Source: a bacterium (lineage in GTDB: Bacteria > Electryoneota > Electryoneia > Electryoneales > Electryoneaceae). From it: a stretch of 22,725 nucleotides of DNA. Below, piece after piece: positions 17,278 through 22,725 of the stretch (position 1 is its first letter; every line of letters starts with the position of its first letter). The translations under genes and the position numbers were made by a program. The notes under the pieces are model-generated. The model saw only the letters and a list, made by a program, of their open reading frames with translations, was not told the DNA's origin and made no database searches. The stretch is from assembly GCA_043801585.1 (NCBI GenBank), contig JAZDLX010000084.1:1-22725 (forward strand), given 5' to 3'.

Positions 17278-19212
17278 ATGCTGAAGCTGCTGCGTGAATT
17301 CGGGCAGGCGATATGGGAAGTGTTCAAACTCCCCTTCTTCCTGGTTGCGGAAGGATTCATGCGCCTGTTTGCCATCGGCTGGCGCAAACTGGTGATGCTG
17401 TTCGTCGCGGCGGTGATCCTGACCTTCGTCGTGCTGATCGGTTTCTTTGAGACAACCAGCCAACCCGGCTTCTGCGGTTCCTGCCACCTGATGGAACCTT
17501 ATATCGCAGCGTGGAAAACCTCGTCGCACGCCGATGTACCCTGCATGAAATGCCATGCGCGGCAGGGACTCTCCGGATTCCTCGAGACCAAATTCACCGC
17601 GCTCTCGATGCTTGTGAATTACGCAACGGGGATTTACAAACGCTCCAAGCCCTGGGCTGAGATTGAAGACACCGCCTGCCTGCAGTGCCACGAGACCCGC
17701 CTGCTGGAAGGCAAGATTGAGACGAAATTGGGGGTGCATTTCGACCACACCCCGCACCTGACGGAAGTGCGCCGCGGCCGCCGTCTGAGATGCACCAGTT
17801 GCCACAGTCAGATCGTGCAGGGCGAACACATCTCGATCACCCCGACGACCTGCTTCCTCTGCCACTTCAAGAATCTTGATGAAAAGGACAGGGCGAAACT
17901 CTCCCGTTGCACGCTTTGCCACGACGCTCCAACGGGCGAACACGCAAAGGAACGAAATGTTTTTGACCACGGAGAAGTGGTCAAAGGCAACGTGGATTGT
18001 GTCTCCTGCCACCAGCCGATGTGGCAGGGGCAGGGAACCGTGCGCAAGGAGCGTTGCGGCGCTTGCCACAGCGAGACCGATCATATTGACCGCTTCAACG
18101 ACCTGGAGTTCCTCCACGAGTGGCATATCGAGAAACGGAAGGTGGATTGCGAGAGGTGCCACGATCCGATCGAACACAAACAGCCGCCGCTTGAACAGGT
18201 TGTTTCAGGCGAATGCAACGCCTGCCACAGCGACCCCCACTCCCCGATGCTTGCCGTTTACAAGGGTGAGGGTTCCCGGCTGCTGCCGGAGAAACAGCCG
18301 GCGACGATGTACACCAGCGGTGTCGCCTGCTTCTCCTGCCACAAGGGCCCGACCAACGGAATGGGGGAAGCCCGCATCGGCGAGAACGCCTGCCTGCCGT
18401 GTCACAAGGCCAACTACCTGAACCTGGCCAGGAACTGGCAGAAAGCCTATGCATCCCGGATCGAACGGCTGGAACCGGCTCTGAGAAAGGCGAGCGGAAA
18501 CCCCCGGATCGAGGACGCCCGGCATGATGTCGCCCTGATCCGCCGCGGTGGAGCCTGGCACAACCCCCTCTGGGCGGGCAAGGTTCTCGATGCGGTGGAA
18601 GGGGTTCTCAAGAAGTCGGGTCTGGGCGGTGAAACCGTCACGATCCCGGCGGCGAGTCAGGGCTGCCTGGCATGCCACAACGGAATTGAAACGGTGATCG
18701 TGGAGTCCCCATTCAGCGCTTTCAACCATGCAAGACACCTGAATACACGCGGGATCGCCTGTACCCAATGCCATGTGCAGACCGATCCCGAAGATCCATC
18801 GCACGGACGGCGTCTCCCGGTTGAACGGAGCTGCGCCTCGTGCCATCACAGCGCTCGGAACGCCAACGACAGCCACAACTGCATTCCGTGCCACAAACCG
18901 TCCCGGCGTCTGTATACCGGAAACCTGCCGGGAATGGAAGCCTCGCCATCCCCGATGGCTGAAAACGAAATGGCCTGCGTCGATTGCCATGTCCCGGACC
19001 AGGCCTACGCTCCGCCCAACGGTGAATTCTGCCTGAACTGCCATGAACCCGCCGTGGTGGAGAGCATGGATTTCAGCCGTGGTAAACTCCGTGCGGCGGT
19101 TGGGAAACTGAAAGGCACGCTGGATGACGCCCAGATGATCATTCGCATGGACCCGGGTCGGGCCGTGCACAACCCGGATCTCGCGGAAAAGATTCTAAGC
19201 GGGAAACACTGA
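17278..19212 (+). CDS. membrane-anchored 18-heme cytochrome c with N-terminal NapC/NirT (NrfH/CymA-like) domain
   Basis: SD GAGGAG; TM helix, then TSQPGFCGSCHLMEPY...WKTSSHADVPCMKCH (CxxCHxM); 18 CxxCH counted; FxHxxH c3/c7-type motifs; two HNP caps. Confidence 0.9.
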   Translation: MLKLLREFGQAIWEVFKLPFFLVAEGFMRLFAIGWRKLVMLFVAAVILTFVVLIGFFETTSQPGFCGSCHLMEPYIAAWKTSSHADVPCMKCHARQGLSGFLETKFTALSMLVNYATGIYKRSKPWAEIEDTACLQCHETRLLEGKIETKLGVHFDHTPHLTEVRRGRRLRCTSCHSQIVQGEHISITPTTCFLCHFKNLDEKDRAKLSRCTLCHDAPTGEHAKERNVFDHGEVVKGNVDCVSCHQPMWQGQGTVRKERCGACHSETDHIDRFNDLEFLHEWHIEKRKVDCERCHDPIEHKQPPLEQVVSGECNACHSDPHSPMLAVYKGEGSRLLPEKQPATMYTSGVACFSCHKGPTNGMGEARIGENACLPCHKANYLNLARNWQKAYASRIERLEPALRKASGNPRIEDARHDVALIRRGGAWHNPLWAGKVLDAVEGVLKKSGLGGETVTIPAASQGCLACHNGIETVIVESPFSAFNHARHLNTRGIACTQCHVQTDPEDPSHGRRLPVERSCASCHHSARNANDSHNCIPCHKPSRRLYTGNLPGMEASPSPMAENEMACVDCHVPDQAYAPPNGEFCLNCHEPAVVESMDFSRGKLRAAVGKLKGTLDDAQMIIRMDPGRAVHNPDLAEKILSGKH

Positions 19213-19214
19213 CT

Positions 19215-19228
19215 TTAGGAAAGCCTAA
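19215..19228. promoter_or_regulatory. DtxR/IdeR/MntR-like operator
   Basis: TTAGG-AAAG-CCTAA at the start of the 208-nt spacer before the porin gene. Confidence 0.5.
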
Positions 19229-19420
19229 CTCGCAGATAATCCGAGACTTATATTGATCGGTCAAGTCCCGGGAGTGTAAGTTTGCATCCGAACCGGTGAG
19301 ACGGATGGAAGGGATTGTCGTGAAGCATTCCACGGGTGGTTTCGAGTGTGAAATGAAGTCCCCAGGCGACGTCGACCGGTCTTGTTGCACAGCATGGAAA
19401 ACGGGTACGATGGAGGCATC

Positions 19421-20683
19421 ATGAAGCACCGCAGCTCGGGGCTCCCAATCGCAGTGTTGGCGACGATGCTGATCATTGCGATGTTCTCTGCCCCTCCGGC
19501 CCACGCCGGAACGCGGTTGATCGGGTCGGCAGGAATTCAGTCCTACGGCTACCAGGATGCGGCTGATGAGAATCATCTGTGGTTGATTCCATCCCTCTCA
19601 TTCTCGACATTCCAGACTGGCGGTCCCTGGTCGTTGCACACAAGCGCCAACTACCTCGGCGACAACGCGGATGATTTCTCCACTTCAGGCCGCACTCGCC
19701 TGCTCAAGGGGTATCTCCAGTACGGCCGTATCGGACAACCGTTGCAGGCAAAGGTGGGCAGGTTCTTCCTTGCACGCGGAGTCGCCCTGGGTGTCTTTGA
19801 TGGCGCGGATGTCAGCTATCAGGTCGCACCGCGCATCAGGGTCAGCGGTTTCGCCGGGATGGTCGGCCCTCTCAACCGTCAGTTTCAGACTGAGGATCCC
19901 TCCCAGGCACTCAGTTTCGGCGGCGAAGTCCGGATCACTCCGAGCAGGTGCCTGCTCCCCGCTCGCGGGATCCTGGCGCTGTCCTTCGTTCGCTCCCAGC
20001 GAGAGGAGGGCGTCGTTCGGGATCTCATCGGACTTCAAACCTATCACCGTTTCAACGCCCGACCGATCACCTGGATGAACACCTTCCAGATTCGCCCGAC
20101 GGCCAACCCGTTGCGCAAATGGATCAGCCGGGCCCGGTACGGAACCGAAGCGCTAAACGCCATGGCTGAGGTGGGAATCGTCGGCTTCGATGCCGCCGAG
20201 TATTCTTGGTTCAGCGACTTTGGATCTCCGCCTCGAATCCGCACACGGATTGCCGCCGACTACTACTTTGTCCCGGAGGAGTGGGCGGGTGGTTTCGAGG
20301 CGCAGGTGTTGTTGGCGGGAGGAAAGAATGGTTTCCGCGGCGGTCCGGTGGTCTCGAGTCCCTGGGGTCAGGTGGGGTACCGCCTCAGCGGAGGGGACCT
20401 TGGAACATCAAGCGGACCCTGGGCGAATGTCCAGTACCGGCCGATGACGAATCTCGAACTGTTCGCCTACGCCGCCATGGTCACCTACCAGTGGGATACC
20501 TTCGACATCGAATCCAACGACCTGACGAGTCTGCTCTACGGCGGCCGCTGGACGCCGGGCTTCGCACCGTCGCTGACGGTCAGCCTGCAGGTTCAGGTTT
20601 ACACGTCGCCCGAACTCTCCTACGACCAGCGGATGCTGGGCGGCCTGAGTTGGCGTTTTGACACCGGGAGGACCCGCCGATGA
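19421..20683 (+). CDS. putative outer-membrane beta-barrel (porin of a porin-cytochrome complex)
   Basis: SD GGAGG, ATG 19421; signal peptide ending AHA-G; no CxxCH; alternating amphipathic Gly/aromatic-rich strands; last strand GGLSWRF; ATGA overlap with the next cytochrome gene. Confidence 0.8.
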   Translation: MKHRSSGLPIAVLATMLIIAMFSAPPAHAGTRLIGSAGIQSYGYQDAADENHLWLIPSLSFSTFQTGGPWSLHTSANYLGDNADDFSTSGRTRLLKGYLQYGRIGQPLQAKVGRFFLARGVALGVFDGADVSYQVAPRIRVSGFAGMVGPLNRQFQTEDPSQALSFGGEVRITPSRCLLPARGILALSFVRSQREEGVVRDLIGLQTYHRFNARPITWMNTFQIRPTANPLRKWISRARYGTEALNAMAEVGIVGFDAAEYSWFSDFGSPPRIRTRIAADYYFVPEEWAGGFEAQVLLAGGKNGFRGGPVVSSPWGQVGYRLSGGDLGTSSGPWANVQYRPMTNLELFAYAAMVTYQWDTFDIESNDLTSLLYGGRWTPGFAPSLTVSLQVQVYTSPELSYDQRMLGGLSWRFDTGRTRR

Positions 20684-21546
20684 CCCGCCACAAGAAAGTG
20701 ATAACCGCCGCGGTCGTCATCCTGATTCTTGCCGCCGCGATGATTACGACCGGCGCCAGGACACGTGAACGGACAATCAACTTCATCCACCCGCTTCACG
20801 TGGAAGAGAACGGCCTCTCGTGCGACGAATGCCATGCGGGTGTGATGATCCTCGCCACCGGCAAGATGGCGATTCCGAACCACGACGTCTGCAGCGCCTG
20901 CCATGATACCGACAACGACTGCGGCGTGTGCCATGTCAACGCTGACGATCCGATGCCTTTCGCGCCTGTTGAAGGCAAGTACGAAGGATTCGCGCACAAG
21001 GTCCACGGAAAGGTTGACTGCAATCAGTGCCACGGCGACCCCGCTAAAGCGGAACCGGTGATCCCGGGAATGACCGCGTGCCAGTCCTGCCACCTGCAGG
21101 AGAGCGGCCCGCTGGAATGCGGCGAGTGCCATCTGGGCGAATCGCCGAAACCGCAGGATCATCAACTCGCATCGTGGCACCAGGACCACGGCATCGAAGC
21201 GTCCTTCCGTGGAGATGATTGCTCCATGTGCCACACCCAGGCGACCTGTGATGAATGCCACCAGGGAGAAAATCTCTACGGCAGTCCTCATCCGCCGACA
21301 TGGGTCTTCAACCACGGAATCGAAGCGAACTGGTCGGGAGAATGCCTCTCCTGCCATGAATCCCGTGATGAGTGCACAAGCTGCCATCGCCAACGGATTC
21401 CTGTGCCCCATCCCTTCGGCGCCGCTTTTGCGAACACGGAGAACGGCGGAGCCCACGTGGACGAAGCCCGTGCATTCATCGAAAGTTGTCTGGCGTGCCA
21501 CGATGTAGGTGAGGGCGACCCCACCTGCGCACGGTGCCATGAGTGA
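20680..21546 (+). CDS. periplasmic 12-heme cytochrome c (c3/c7-like repeats)
   Basis: Signal peptide without lipobox; 12 CxxCH in 288 aa; FIHPLH and FAHKVH motifs. Confidence 0.92.
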   Translation: MTRHKKVITAAVVILILAAAMITTGARTRERTINFIHPLHVEENGLSCDECHAGVMILATGKMAIPNHDVCSACHDTDNDCGVCHVNADDPMPFAPVEGKYEGFAHKVHGKVDCNQCHGDPAKAEPVIPGMTACQSCHLQESGPLECGECHLGESPKPQDHQLASWHQDHGIEASFRGDDCSMCHTQATCDECHQGENLYGSPHPPTWVFNHGIEANWSGECLSCHESRDECTSCHRQRIPVPHPFGAAFANTENGGAHVDEARAFIESCLACHDVGEGDPTCARCHE

Positions 21547-21557
21547 GGAGACGGACC

Positions 21558-22541
21558 ATGAAGAACATTGAGATACGCAAGATTGTCCTCGCAGGTGCCG
21601 CCATCGTGATGCTTGTTGCAGCGGGCTGCTACAGCAACGTTGACCCGAACTACGTGGAAACCGAGGGTGGTGTCCACCCCTTCGCCGATCCTGCGGTAAT
21701 CGGGCACCAGGAGTACCTGGCTGACAACGGATATGACTTCAACGCATGCACCGACTGCCACGGTGTGGATCTCGCGGGTGAAGCCAGCGGACCCGGCGGT
21801 TCGAAAGTGCGTTCGTGCTACGAGTGCCATTCCCCGTCAGAACATCCCGGCAACCTGACGGACGCGGACAACCATGTGACCTACCTGCGTTCGGTGGACT
21901 GGGTTTCCACGGAATGTTTGACCTGCCACGCCAAGGCCACCGATGCGCTGTTCGGCGGTTCGTGCAGCAGCACGGCATGCCATACCGCCTCTGCGGGCGG
22001 TTCGGATGCATGCAACGTTTGCCACGGAGATTTTTCAGGTGATCCCACGGAGTCAGCCAACTGGGCGCCACCCGAAGGCATTAACGGCGTGCTGAGTATT
22101 TCCGATCCCGGTGTGGGCGCTCACCAGGCCCACATGAAGGTGGATACTCTTCAGTATGCACAACTGGCCTGCTCGTCCTGCCATGCCGTGCCGAGAAGCG
22201 TGGACGCCAGTTATCACATCGACACCACCACGCCGGGCGTTGCCGAGGTTCATTTCTCCGGCGTTGCTTCCGCGGGTGGCAAACATCCGAGCTATGACGC
22301 GGATGACGCCACCTGCTCAGCGACCCATTGCCACGGCGACGCGGTACCCGTGTGGACGGTAGTGGACGGCACGTGGAGCGCCTGCGGCACCTGCCACGGC
22401 AATGCGACAACGGGCAATCCCAGTCCGCACTCCAACGAGAATTACGAGATCACGGACTGTGCAACGTGCCACGGCGCGGTGATCAATGCGAGCGGGACGA
22501 TCATCAATGCCAGCAAACATGTCAACGGTGTAGTTGATTGA
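21558..22541 (+). CDS. CxxxxCH/CxxCH-domain multiheme lipoprotein (7 CxxCH plus 2 CX4CH)
   Basis: SD GAGGAG, ATG 21558; lipobox AAG-C; CSSTACH and CSATHCH are each followed by a CxxCH; C-terminal HVNG. Confidence 0.9.
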   Translation: MKNIEIRKIVLAGAAIVMLVAAGCYSNVDPNYVETEGGVHPFADPAVIGHQEYLADNGYDFNACTDCHGVDLAGEASGPGGSKVRSCYECHSPSEHPGNLTDADNHVTYLRSVDWVSTECLTCHAKATDALFGGSCSSTACHTASAGGSDACNVCHGDFSGDPTESANWAPPEGINGVLSISDPGVGAHQAHMKVDTLQYAQLACSSCHAVPRSVDASYHIDTTTPGVAEVHFSGVASAGGKHPSYDADDATCSATHCHGDAVPVWTVVDGTWSACGTCHGNATTGNPSPHSNENYEITDCATCHGAVINASGTIINASKHVNGVVD

Positions 22542-22590
22542 TTTTGACAATAGTTTCCTTGCAAACACAAAGCCAGGGAGGGGTAGAACA

Positions 22591-22725
22591 ATGCGTCGTG
22601 TGATCTTGATGGTGCTGGCGGTCATGCTGGTCGCCTCCGTCGCCGCGTTCTCAGGCGACCACGCCTTCGTAGGCGTGAACAAGTGCAAGATGTGTCACCA
22701 GCGTGAAGCGAAAGGCATGATCTTC
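22591..22725 (+). CDS. 5' part of a secreted cytochrome c554-like multiheme protein, truncated by the window
   Basis: SD GGAGG, ATG 22591; signal peptide, then AFVGVNKCKMCH; open to the window end. Confidence 0.85.
   Translation, partial: MRRVILMVLAVMLVASVAAFSGDHAFVGVNKCKMCHQREAKGMIF

Noticed and set aside
15639..19212. nrfA/nrfH nitrite reductase call
   Set aside because: No CxxCK active-site motif, and the heme counts (9 and 18) do not fit, despite the HNP cap and NrfH-like head
19421..21546. Naming these genes mtrB and mtrA
   Set aside because: The barrel is far shorter than MtrB, and the cytochrome has 12 hemes with c3/c7-type motifs rather than the MtrA decaheme pattern

Overview
Bacterial, mostly GC-rich window. 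A Por-secretion-tail-like C-terminus (YPNPFN...SSGVYFLHL...RIVLIK) points to an FCB-group or related candidate-phylum host; this is inference. Bases 1-15000 hold: a small promoter-peptide-terminator unit; REP-like palindrome mosaics with nested insertions; a secreted AGE-family epimerase-like protein; an orphan MalK/MsmX-type ATPase; a small secreted protein; about 1.1 kb of decayed gene fragments; an SDR; MntH fused to a USP domain; a HAD hydrolase; and an RND MFP plus permease pair. From 15639 to the end is a co-oriented multiheme cytochrome c and porin cluster with at least 49 heme-binding motifs by hand count. It comprises a 9-heme lipoprotein, an 18-heme NapC/NirT-headed membrane cytochrome, a beta-barrel, a 12-heme periplasmic cytochrome, a 9-heme CxxxxCH/CxxCH lipoprotein and a truncated c554-like gene. 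Together these look like a complete quinol-to-cell-surface extracellular electron transfer conduit. The same TTAG-N6-CTAA DtxR/MntR-like palindrome lies upstream of mntH and at two points in the cytochrome cluster. All calls come from reading motifs by eye; no database searches were run.
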